DNA from: an uncultured Actinomycetes bacterium
GTDB taxonomy: Bacteria > Actinomycetota > Thermoleophilia > Solirubrobacterales > Solirubrobacteraceae
Direction: 5' to 3'
DNA length: 64,000 nt
Assembly (NCBI GenBank): GCA_963779625.1
Contig: CAVZYU010000005.1
Span: 564,373 to 628,372 of the forward strand
In this document: piece after piece, positions 1-8,514 of the stretch
Layout: every line of letters begins with the position of its first letter
Position numbering within the stretch: the stretch's first letter is position 1
Translations under genes and position numbers: made by a program
Notes under the pieces: model-generated
Seen by the model: the letters and a program-made list of their open reading frames with translations, nothing else
Databases searched by the model: none
What the model was told of the DNA's origin: nothing

Positions 1-1101
1 GGCGTGTTCGCCCTCGGCGGGATCGCGACGGCCGACGGCGGCCCGTCGGGCTTCGCGCACGACGCGTGGCACGAGTTCTCCAAGACGAGCAAGGACGACG
101 TCTCCAACCCCGCGCGCATCATCTCCTCGAATTCCGGCAACCGCTGGGTGTGGTGGGAGGAGGCGGCAGGCGCATGGTGGGCCAAGCCGGTCGGCGGCTG
201 GGGCGCGGGCTCGTTCCCGGTGACGCACAAGCTCTACCGCCGCGTCGAGCTCGGCGTCGTCCAGCCGCACAACGTGCCGCTGCAGTTCCTCGCCGAGACC
301 GGGCTCGTCGGCGCGCTCATCGTCATGGGCGGCGTCGCGCTGCTGTTCTGGGCGGCGCTGGCGCGCATCCGCGCGATGGCCGCCGGGCGCGAGCGCGAGC
401 TGGCGGTGGCGCTCTTCGCGGCGGCCTGCGCGTGGCTCGTGCACGGCCTCGTCGACTGGGACTGGGACATCCCCGGCGTGACGGTGCCGGCGCTCCTGTT
501 CCTCGGCGTCCTCGGCGCGACGCGCCCGCCCGCGCGTCGCGGCGCAGGGCGCCCCGACCACCCGCTCGCCGCGCGCTCCCTCGCCCTCGGGCTCGCCTGC
601 GTCGTGCTCGGCCTCTTCATCGTCTCCTCCGGCCTGCCGCTGCTCGCCGACGCCCGTGCCAGCTCGGCGCTGGCGGTCACGAACGACGCGGGCGAGGACG
701 AGCTCGAGAACGCCACGGCGCGGGCCGACCTCGCCTCGCGCCTGGATCCGACCGCCGTGCGCGCGCTGCTGGCAGCGGCGGCGATCGAGCAGGGCCGCGG
801 GCGCCTGCTGGACGCCAAGCGCTATCTGCTGAAGGCCGTCCGGCGCCAGCCCTACAGCTCGGCCGCCTGGGAGCGGCTGCTGCGCCTGACGCTGCTGACC
901 GCCGACCGCCCCGGCGCGCAGGCGGCGGGGCGGCGGCTGCTCGCGCTCGACCCGCTCGGGAAGGGCTCGCGCGCGCTCGCCGGCCAGCTCGGGCTGTTCC
1001 GCGTTCCCCCGGGCTCGTCCCCGACCGCGACCGGGACGCCGTTGAGCCCCGCGTTCGCGGCTGCGGGGCAGACGGCGACGCCCGTGCCGGGCGCGCCCTA
1101 G
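1..1101 (+). CDS. O-antigen ligase (Wzy_C) family membrane protein, C-terminal part with helical-repeat tail; 5' end lies outside the window
   Basis: ORF 4..1101 is open to the window edge. Motif VVQPHNVPLQFLAETGLVGALIV plus flanking TM helices is typical of O-antigen ligase-like proteins. A TPR-like helical tail follows. Confidence 0.7.
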   Translation, partial: GVFALGGIATADGGPSGFAHDAWHEFSKTSKDDVSNPARIISSNSGNRWVWWEEAAGAWWAKPVGGWGAGSFPVTHKLYRRVELGVVQPHNVPLQFLAETGLVGALIVMGGVALLFWAALARIRAMAAGRERELAVALFAAACAWLVHGLVDWDWDIPGVTVPALLFLGVLGATRPPARRGAGRPDHPLAARSLALGLACVVLGLFIVSSGLPLLADARASSALAVTNDAGEDELENATARADLASRLDPTAVRALLAAAAIEQGRGRLLDAKRYLLKAVRRQPYSSAAWERLLRLTLLTADRPGAQAAGRRLLALDPLGKGSRALAGQLGLFRVPPGSSPTATGTPLSPAFAAAGQTATPVPGAP

Positions 1102-4100
1102 GTCACCGCGACGCGCAGGACGCCGAGCACGAGCAGCGTCGCGGCGGCCGCGGCGATCATGAGCAGCAGGATCCCGACGACGAGCTCGGAGGGCAGATAG
1201 CGCGCTCGTGCGCGGACGCGCTCGCGCGGGAGCGTCGTGACGCTCGGCGGCACGGCACGCGACGGGGCAGCCTGCTGACGCAGCGCGAGCTCGCGCTCGC
1301 GGGCGACATGGCGTTCGCGCTCGCGTGAGGTCGCGCGCGAGGGCTCGCGCTCGCCGCGGCGCCTGCGCTCGCGGCGTGGGGCGGACTTGCGGTCCCGCCG
1401 GCGTTCGCGCTCGCGCGCGGGTGGCGCGTCCGGCGGCTCGGCGGGCGCGCGCTGCTCGGCCTCGGCGGCGGCGCGCCGCCGGGCCTCGGCCTCCGCGCGC
1501 GCCTCGGCCTCGGCGCGCGCCTCGGCCTCCGCGCGCGCCGTCGCGCGTGCCTCCTCGAGCGCCTGCGCCTCGGCGGCGGCGCGCGCCTCGGCGGCGGTGC
1601 GCTCCCGTGCGACCGTCTGCTCGCGTTGTGCGGCGAGCTCCCGGCGGCGCTGCTCGACGGCCGCATGCAGCCGCTGCTCCTGCTCGCGCCGCTCGGTTTC
1701 GGCGGCCGCGAGGCGCTGCTGCTCCTCGGCGCGCCGGCGCGCCGCGCGCTCCAGCGCCTCCTGCGCGGCCTCCCCGCGCGTGGCCGCGCGCGCCTCGTCC
1801 TCGGCCGCACGGCGTGCGGCACGGGCCGTCGCGGCCGTCGCCGCCTTCTCGACCGCGGCCTTGGACGCCCGCGCAGCCGCCCGGCGCGCGGCCTTGCGCG
1901 CCTCCTGGGCGAGCTGGGCGGCCTCCTCGCTCGTCTCGGCGAGCTCCCCCATCCGGCCCTCGAGCGCCTTGCGCGCGGCGTGCTCGGCCTGCGCGCGCTG
2001 GGTCGCCGTGGCGGCGGCGTCGATCGCGGCGTCGAGGCGCGTGAGCAGCTCGTCGCGCTCGGTCTCGTCCTCGGCGAGGCGCGCGGTCGCTCGGCGCAGG
2101 TCCTCCACCGCGTCCTCGAGGTCGCCGCCGAGCGCCCCTTCCAGGGCTGCCAGCCGTCCGACCTCGTCGAGCGCGCTGCTCAGCGCCTGCTCGAGCTCGC
2201 GCTGGAGCGCCGCGTCATCCTCGCTGCGCTGCTCGGCTTCGGTGCGAACCTCGCCGAGCACCGCCCCGAGGCGCTCGATCTCGGCCAGCGCGCTGGTGCG
2301 CTCGGCGCCGGCCGCGGCCGCGTCGGCGCGCGTGGCATCGAGCTGCTCGGTGAGCGCCCGGATGCGCGCGCGGGCGTCCTTGCGCTCGGTCATCAGCGCG
2401 GAGATCTCGGCCTGCGCGTCGTCGCGCTCCCGTGTGAGCCTGGCGATCAGCTCCTCGGCGTCGTCGCGCTCGCCGGCGAGCTCGGCGATGCGTGCGAGCG
2501 CACCGTCGCGCGCTGACGCGAGCGCCTGCAGCTGCGTCTGCGTGGTCTCGTGCTCGAGCGTCAGCGCCTGGAACTCGGCGGTGCCGGCGTCGCGCTCGGC
2601 GCCGAGCTCGCGCAGCGCGGCCTGTGCGCGCTCGTTGTCGCTGGTCAGCCGCGCGATCTGCGCCGCCGCGTCCTCGCGCTCGGTCTGAAGCTGTGCGATC
2701 ACGGTCTGGGCGGTCGCCTGCCCGGCGGTGAGGTCGTCGATCTGGGACCGCGCGCGATCGCGCTCGCGGGTGAGCTCCTCGATCGCGGCCTGTGAGACGC
2801 CGGCGCGCAGCGTCAGCTCCTCGATCTGCGCGCGCGCCGCGTCGCCGTCGCCGGCGAGCTCCGCGACCCGCGCGTGGGCCGCGTCGCGCGCGGCGGTCAG
2901 CGCGCGGATGTCGGCGACGTGGCGCTCGCGCTCGGCGCTCAGCGCCGCGATCTGCTGCTGCGCGCCCTCGTGCTCGCCGGTCAGCGACGCGATCGCGCCG
3001 CCCGCGGCGTCGCGCTGCGCCGCAAGCGCGGCGATCTGCGCCCGCGCGGCCTCCAGCTGCTCGGCGAGGCCCGTGACCTGCGTGTCGGCGCTCGCACGCT
3101 CGGCGCTGAGCGTCGCGATTCGCGCCTGCGCCTCGGCAAGCGTGCGCGCCAGCGCCTCGGTCTCCGTGCGCGCCTCGGCGCGCTCGGACGTGAGCTCGCG
3201 GCGGTCGCGGTCGGCGCGCTCGCGGGTCTCGTCGAGCTGCTGGGCGAGCTCGCCGATCTCCGTCTGCGCCAGCGCCAGCTCGGCGGCGGCATCGGCCGTC
3301 GCGGCACGCGCCTGCTCGAGCGCCGCGGCGCGCTCGGCCGACGCGCCGCCGGTCTCGTCGAGCAGCTGCTCCAGGGTCTCGGCGTCCTCGCGCGCCTGTG
3401 CCGCGCGGTCGTCGGCGGCCGCGACCTGCGCCGCGCCGGCAGCGACCTGCCCCTCGGCGGCGGCGAGGCGCTGCTGCAGCGTGGCGCCCTCGGCCCGCGC
3501 CTGCTCGAGCTCGCGCGCAAGCTCCTCGGAGCGCGCCTGTGCGGCCACCACGGCGTCGACCGCCGCGGCGCGGTCGAGATCCTTGGCGGCGAGCTGCTCC
3601 TCGAGCGCGCGGTGCTCGTCGGCCTGGGCCTCGAGCTCTGCGATCTGGGCCTCCAGCGCGTCGCGCTCGCGGCGCGCGGCCTCGAGCTCGCCCGCGCGCG
3701 CGGCGGCCGCGGCCTGGACGTGCTCGAGCTCGGCGGCGGTGGCGCGCGCCTCCTCGTGCGCCTCCTCGAGCGCCTTGCTGCGCGACGCGGCCTTCCAGGC
3801 GACCGCCTGCAGCTGGGCTTCGAGGTCCTGCGCCGCGCCGGCGCGCTCGGTCAGCGCCGAGACCCGCGCCTCGAGCTCGTTCGCGCGCGTGACCTGCCGG
3901 CGCGCGGAGGCCAGCTGCGTCTCGAGCTGCGGCACCCGCTCGGCTGACGCAAGGGCCTTGCGCAGGCGGCGCTCGAGCTCCGGGAGCTGCGCGCTGGACG
4001 GCGCGAGCTCGGCGACGCGCTGCTCGAGCTCTGCCGCCGCCGCGCGCGCGAGCTCGGCGGCGCCCTCGGCCTCCGCACGGGCGGCCCGCTGCGCGTCGGC

Positions 4101-6752
4101 GTCCGCCAGCGCGGCTGCGGCATCGGCCTGCGCCCGGGCCAGCGCGTCGCGCAGCCGCACGCGCTCCTCCTGGGCGGCCTGTGCGAGCGCGCCCGTCTCG
4201 CCGGCGGCGGCGAGCAGGCGCTCGCGCTCCTCCTCGGCCGCCGCGGCGGCGCGCTCGGCGGCTGCGCGCGCGGCCGCCTCCTGGCGGTGCTCGTCGCGCA
4301 GTCGTGCGAGCTCTGACTGCGCAGTCGCGGCGGCAGCCTGTGCCTCCTGGCTCTCCTCGCGCGCGCGCTCGAGGTCGCCCTCGAGGTCATGCGCGCGCTC
4401 GTCGCTGCCCTGCAGCGAGGTCGCGCGCTCGCGTGCCTCGGCGGCCCGCCGCTCGAGCGCCGCAACGCGCCCCTCGGCCTGCGCGGCGCGCGCGTCGAGC
4501 GCCGTCGCACGCTGAGCGTGGGCGGCGACCTGCTCGCGCAGCTCGGCGCCGGCGCCCGTGGCCTCCAGCAGCTCGCGCTCGAGCTCGGCGGCGCGCGCCG
4601 CGAGGTGCTCGGCTCGCTGCTCGGCGCTCGTCGCGCGGCCGGTGAGGGAGCGCACCTGGTCCCCGGCGTCCTGCGCGCCGGCGAGCTCCTGGTCGGCGCG
4701 GGCCTGCAGCTCGGCGGTGACGCGCTCGGCCTCCAGCGCCAGCGCAGCGGCGCGCGCGCGCTCGGCCTTCAGCGCCTGGGTCGCCTCGCCGAGCTGCGAT
4801 GTGCGGCGGTCGCGCTCGGCGCGCAGCTGCTCGGCGTGCGCGTCGGCGGCCTGCTGCGCCGCGCGCTCGCGGTCGTGCGCGGTCTGCTCGAGCTCGGCCA
4901 CGCGGGCGGCGAGGCGCGCGGCCTCGTCGCGCGCCTCCTGCAGCACGGCGGCCTCGGCCAGCGCGTGCTCGTGCTCGGTGCGCAGGCCCTCGAGCTCGGT
5001 GAGCGCACCCTCGGCCTGGGACTGCAGGTCGCGGCGCTCGGCGTGCGCGGCGGCAAGCTCGGCCTCGAGCTTGGGAACCTGGTCTGCCAGCGTGGCCACC
5101 TCCCGGCGCGCATGCTCCAGGTCGGCGACGCGCGCCTTGAGATCGCGCACGTGCTCCTCGGCGACCTCGGCCGTGCGGCCGCGGCGGGTGGCCTCCTCGA
5201 GCTCGCGCTCGAGCGTGCGCACGCGGCTCAGCGCGCGGTCGGCGCGCTCGGCGCCGGCACGCGCCGCGACGACCGCCTCGTCGCGCTCGCGCTCGACACG
5301 GCGCGCCGCCTCGAGCTCGCGCGCGGTCTGCTCCGCCCGGGCGCTTGCGAGCCGGCGCGCCCCCTCGGCCTCGGCGACCTTCGCCTCGGCGGCCTCGGCG
5401 GCGGTCATGCGCTTGCGGGCGGTCGCCTCCGCCGTCGCGCGCGCCGCCTCCAGCGCCTGGGCCTGCGAGTGCGAGAGCTCGAGCTGGGCGGCGAGCTCGG
5501 CCTGCGCCGCCTGCGCGTCCTGCAGCTCGGCGGCACGCGCGGCGGCGAGCTCCTGCGCCGCCTGCATCTCGGCCCGCGCGAGCTGCGCCTCGTCGGCAGC
5601 GCGCTGCGCCTGCGCCTGGGCCTCGGTCGCGATCCGCTCGGCGGCGGCCTTGGCCTCGGCCGCGGCGAGCGCCATCTGCTCGCGCGCTGCCGCCTGCTCG
5701 CGCTCGATCGTCGTTCGCGCCTGCTCGCGCGCGGATTGGATCGCCTCCTCGGCGCGCCTGGCGGCGGCCTTGGTCTCCTCGCGCGCGGCCTCGCTCTGCG
5801 CCTGCGCGCGGGTCGTCGCCTGCTCGGCCTGCGCCTGCGCGGCGCGCAGCTCGGCCTGCGCGCGCTCGGCGCGGGCCTGGGTGTCGGCCCGCAGCCCCTG
5901 GAGCGCGCGCTCCGTGTCGTGCGCCGCGCGCTCGGCCTCGGCGCGCGCGGACTGCAGCTCGCGCTCGCGGGCGGCGACAGCGGCCTCGAGCTCCTGACGC
6001 GCCGTGCGCTCGGCAGCGATGCGCTCGTCGAGCTCGGCGCGCGAGGCGGCGATCTCGTCGCGCGCCCGGTGGGCGGACTCCTCGGCCGCCGCGCGCGCCT
6101 CTTCGAGGAAGGCGACGCGCTCGCCGAGCTCCAGCGCCTCGCGCTGGCCGCTGCGGGCCGCCGCCTCCGCCTGGGCGCGCAGGCGCACGAGCTCGTCGCG
6201 GGCCTCGCGGGCCGTCCGTTCGGCGGCGCTGCGCGCGGTGCGCTCGGTCTCCAGGCGCCCTTCGAGACCCGCCATGGCCTGGCGTCGCTGCTCGGCGGCG
6301 CGCTCGGCGTCCTCGCGCCGGCGGCGCTCCTCGCGCAGGATCGCGGAGTCGCTGCCGCGCGACGGGAGCGGCGCGGGCGCTGCGACGGGCTCCGGGGTCT
6401 CAGGCCGGGGCGCCCGGCGCCTGGCCTCCTGCGGGCGCGGGAGGTCGACGATCCCGCGCGTCGTCTCCAGCGCGAACGCGACGCGGCCCTCGGCCAGCAG
6501 CGCCGCCGGCGCCGAGAACGCGGCCCGCCAGTCGGGCGGGTCGGGACCGGCCAGCGGCGAGGCGTCGTCGGGGCCGGGCAGGGGCGCGATCCGGCGCGTG
6601 CTGCGGCCGTCGTCGAGGATCAGCATCGGCGGCGCGAGCCGCTCGCGCTGCTCGGCGCGCCAGCGTCCGGAGATGCGCAGGAGCACCGTGCCGGCGCCGG
6701 CCGCGACGCGCTCGAAGCGATCGACTTCGAAATCGGGTTCGCGGCCGCTCAC
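1098..6752 (-). CDS. Giant (1,884 aa) Ala/Glu/Arg/Leu/Gln-rich coiled-coil protein with a globular N-domain (~110 aa), a basic RE-rich segment and one C-terminal TM helix (tail anchor)
   Basis: Uninterrupted ORF. Heptad-like composition throughout. C-terminus is YLPSELVVGILLLMIAAAAATLLVLGVLRVAVT. The GTG start (6752..6750) overlaps the tmk TGA stop (GTGA). Plus-strand ORFs over the same DNA are Ser/Arg/Ala shadow frames. Confidence 0.8.
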   Translation of the reverse strand: MSGREPDFEVDRFERVAAGAGTVLLRISGRWRAEQRERLAPPMLILDDGRSTRRIAPLPGPDDASPLAGPDPPDWRAAFSAPAALLAEGRVAFALETTRGIVDLPRPQEARRRAPRPETPEPVAAPAPLPSRGSDSAILREERRRREDAERAAEQRRQAMAGLEGRLETERTARSAAERTAREARDELVRLRAQAEAAARSGQREALELGERVAFLEEARAAAEESAHRARDEIAASRAELDERIAAERTARQELEAAVAARERELQSARAEAERAAHDTERALQGLRADTQARAERAQAELRAAQAQAEQATTRAQAQSEAAREETKAAARRAEEAIQSAREQARTTIEREQAAAREQMALAAAEAKAAAERIATEAQAQAQRAADEAQLARAEMQAAQELAAARAAELQDAQAAQAELAAQLELSHSQAQALEAARATAEATARKRMTAAEAAEAKVAEAEGARRLASARAEQTARELEAARRVERERDEAVVAARAGAERADRALSRVRTLERELEEATRRGRTAEVAEEHVRDLKARVADLEHARREVATLADQVPKLEAELAAAHAERRDLQSQAEGALTELEGLRTEHEHALAEAAVLQEARDEAARLAARVAELEQTAHDRERAAQQAADAHAEQLRAERDRRTSQLGEATQALKAERARAAALALEAERVTAELQARADQELAGAQDAGDQVRSLTGRATSAEQRAEHLAARAAELERELLEATGAGAELREQVAAHAQRATALDARAAQAEGRVAALERRAAEARERATSLQGSDERAHDLEGDLERAREESQEAQAAAATAQSELARLRDEHRQEAAARAAAERAAAAAEEERERLLAAAGETGALAQAAQEERVRLRDALARAQADAAAALADADAQRAARAEAEGAAELARAAAAELEQRVAELAPSSAQLPELERRLRKALASAERVPQLETQLASARRQVTRANELEARVSALTERAGAAQDLEAQLQAVAWKAASRSKALEEAHEEARATAAELEHVQAAAAARAGELEAARRERDALEAQIAELEAQADEHRALEEQLAAKDLDRAAAVDAVVAAQARSEELARELEQARAEGATLQQRLAAAEGQVAAGAAQVAAADDRAAQAREDAETLEQLLDETGGASAERAAALEQARAATADAAAELALAQTEIGELAQQLDETRERADRDRRELTSERAEARTETEALARTLAEAQARIATLSAERASADTQVTGLAEQLEAARAQIAALAAQRDAAGGAIASLTGEHEGAQQQIAALSAERERHVADIRALTAARDAAHARVAELAGDGDAARAQIEELTLRAGVSQAAIEELTRERDRARSQIDDLTAGQATAQTVIAQLQTEREDAAAQIARLTSDNERAQAALRELGAERDAGTAEFQALTLEHETTQTQLQALASARDGALARIAELAGERDDAEELIARLTRERDDAQAEISALMTERKDARARIRALTEQLDATRADAAAAGAERTSALAEIERLGAVLGEVRTEAEQRSEDDAALQRELEQALSSALDEVGRLAALEGALGGDLEDAVEDLRRATARLAEDETERDELLTRLDAAIDAAATATQRAQAEHAARKALEGRMGELAETSEEAAQLAQEARKAARRAAARASKAAVEKAATAATARAARRAAEDEARAATRGEAAQEALERAARRRAEEQQRLAAAETERREQEQRLHAAVEQRRRELAAQREQTVARERTAAEARAAAEAQALEEARATARAEAEARAEAEARAEAEARRRAAAEAEQRAPAEPPDAPPARERERRRDRKSAPRRERRRRGEREPSRATSRERERHVARERELALRQQAAPSRAVPPSVTTLPRERVRARARYLPSELVVGILLLMIAAAAATLLVLGVLRVAVT
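1483..1536 (-). repeat. Three tandem 18-bp coding repeats (gcctcggcctcSgcgcgc) encoding (AEAEAR)n inside the giant gene
   Basis: Units at 1483..1500, 1501..1518 and 1519..1536 differ at one position. The protein reads ARAEAEARAEAEARAEAEAR. Confidence 0.85.
2320..3040 (-). repeat. About 17 tandem 42-bp (14-residue) coding repeats inside the giant coiled-coil gene
   Basis: Protein stretch IAALAAQRDAAGGA IASLTGEHEGAQQQ IAALSAERERHVAD IRALTAARDAAHAR ... IARLTRERDDAQAE ISALMTERKDARAR IRALTEQLDATRAD. Consensus I-a-x-L-t-x-E-R-D-x-A-x-a-x. Boundaries are approximate. Confidence 0.75.
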
Positions 6753-7378
6753 GACTGCGCCGATTCTAGGTCGGAGAGCGCGTCGCGCGCACGGGCGAGC
6801 AGCTCGCCGGGCGCCCGCAGCGCGTCGAGGACGCGGATGCGCTGCGGCTCGCGGGCGGCGAGCTCGTCATACGCAGCGGCGATCGCCGCGAAGAAGTCGT
6901 CCTGCTCGCGCTCGAGGCGGTCTGGCGCGTCGTCGCGGCCGCGCAGGCGCGCGCGGGCGCTCGCGGGGTCGATGCGCAGCAGCAGCGTGCGGTCGGGCGT
7001 GAGCCCGCCGGTCGCGAACGCGTTGAGCGCCGCCACGGCGTCGATGCCGAGGCCGCGCCCCGCGCCCTGGTAGGCCAGCGAGGAGTCGACGAAGCGGTCC
7101 AGCAGCACCCACCGGCCATCGGCGAGCCAGGGCTCCAGCCGCTCGTCGACGAGCTGCGCGCGGGCGGCGGCGTACAGCAGCGCCTCGGCGCGGGGGTCGC
7201 AGCGCAGGTCGGGGTCCTTGACGAGGTCGCGGATGCGCTCGGAGAGCTCGACGCCCCCGGGCTCGCGCAGCAGTGCGACAGGCCGGTCGGCCCGGAGGTC
7301 GTCGTGCAGCGCCGCCGCGAGCGTCGACTTGCCGGCGCCGTCGATCCCCTCGATCGTGATGAGACGGCCGCGCACCAC
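6749..7378 (-). CDS. tmk: Thymidylate (dTMP) kinase
   Basis: P-loop ITIEGIDGAGKST, then LLREPGG and the DRFVDSSLAYQG motif. Length 209 aa. Confidence 0.93.
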   Translation of the reverse strand: MVRGRLITIEGIDGAGKSTLAAALHDDLRADRPVALLREPGGVELSERIRDLVKDPDLRCDPRAEALLYAAARAQLVDERLEPWLADGRWVLLDRFVDSSLAYQGAGRGLGIDAVAALNAFATGGLTPDRTLLLRIDPASARARLRGRDDAPDRLEREQDDFFAAIAAAYDELAAREPQRIRVLDALRAPGELLARARDALSDLESAQS

Positions 7379-7401
7379 CGCGACGCTACCGTTCGCGGGC
7401 G

Positions 7402-8514
7402 ATGCTTCCCGGCACAGAGCGCCACCCGCACGCCCGCGCCGTGCTCGGCGCTGCGCTGGCGCCGACCGGCGCGCCGAGCCACGCGTACCTCTTCAGCGGT
7501 CCCGCGGGCAGCGGCAAGCGCACCGTCGCGCGCGCCTTCGCCTCCGCGCTGCTGACCGCGGGCGCCCGCGATCCCGCGGGCGCGGCCGTCCGCGTCGAGC
7601 ACGGCGTGCATCCCGACCTCACCTGGGTCGCGCCCACGAGCGCCGCCGGCATCCTCGTCGGCGACGTCGACGAGGCCGTCGTCGCGGGCGCCGCGCGCAC
7701 GCCGTTTGAGTCCCAGCGCCGCGTGTTCGTCATCGAGGACGCCGACGAGCTCAACGACCAGGCCGCCAACCGGATGCTCAAGACGCTCGAGGAGCCGCCG
7801 TCGTTCGCGCACCTCATCCTGCTCACGAGCCGGCCCGGCGAGGTGCTGCCGACGATCGCCAGCCGCTGCCAGCCGGTGCGCTTCGACGCGCCGTCGCCCG
7901 AGCAGATCGCCACGCGGCTGGAGCGCCAGGGCGTCGCGCCGGCCACGGCGCTGGCCTGCGCGCGCCTGGGCCTCGGCGACGCCCGCCGCGCGCTCGCCCT
8001 CGCGCTCGGCGAGGGGCCCGCGCTGCGTGCCGGCGCCGAGGCCGTCGCGCGCGGCGCGCTGCGCGGCGACACCGCGGCACGGCCGTGGAGCACGCTCATC
8101 GCGCAGGCCCGCGCCGCGGGCGCGCGCGCCGGCGACGAGGTCGAGGCGGCGCTCGACGCCGACCTCGGCTACGCGATCTCCAAGGACCACGGGCGCATGC
8201 GCCGCGAGGCCGGCGAGCGCGGCAAGCGGGCCGCGCGGCGTGCGCAGACCGCCGCGCTGGACCGCGGGCTGGCGCTCGTCGGGCTGTGGCTGCGCGACGT
8301 CGCCTGCGTCCTGGACGGCGTGCCCGAGCTCGTGCACAACAGCGATCGCGTGCAGCTGCTCGCCGAGGACGCCGCGCTCGGGGTCACCGCCGGCCGGCTG
8401 CGCGCGGCGCAGGGGCTCGTGGAGGACACCCGCGCGGCGTTCGAGCTCAACCCCAACGAGGAGCTCGCGCTCGACGCGCTGGGCTCACGCCTCGCGCGCA
8501 CCCTCGCCGGCTAG
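7402..8514 (+). CDS. holB: DNA polymerase III delta-prime subunit
   Basis: HAYLFSGPAGSGKRT Walker A; VFVIEDADELNDQAANRMLKTLEEPP; SRCQPVRF sensor motif. Confidence 0.9.
   Translation: MLPGTERHPHARAVLGAALAPTGAPSHAYLFSGPAGSGKRTVARAFASALLTAGARDPAGAAVRVEHGVHPDLTWVAPTSAAGILVGDVDEAVVAGAARTPFESQRRVFVIEDADELNDQAANRMLKTLEEPPSFAHLILLTSRPGEVLPTIASRCQPVRFDAPSPEQIATRLERQGVAPATALACARLGLGDARRALALALGEGPALRAGAEAVARGALRGDTAARPWSTLIAQARAAGARAGDEVEAALDADLGYAISKDHGRMRREAGERGKRAARRAQTAALDRGLALVGLWLRDVACVLDGVPELVHNSDRVQLLAEDAALGVTAGRLRAAQGLVEDTRAAFELNPNEELALDALGSRLARTLAG

Noticed and set aside
1387-7073. Several long plus-strand ORFs (1387..2688, 2728..4515, 4389..7073, 4558..5997, 5345..6769, 6004..7002) over the giant gene
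   Set aside because: Their translations are Ser/Arg/Ala or Arg/Pro/Gly low-complexity sequences, as expected from reading a GCN/GAG/CGC-rich coiled-coil gene in the wrong frame or strand. Only the minus-strand frame gives a coherent domain organisation (N-domain, coiled coil, TM anchor) and overlaps the tmk stop.
6766-8337. 523-aa minus-strand ORF spanning tmk and holB
   Set aside because: It is out of frame with tmk and antisense to holB, both of which have unambiguous motifs.
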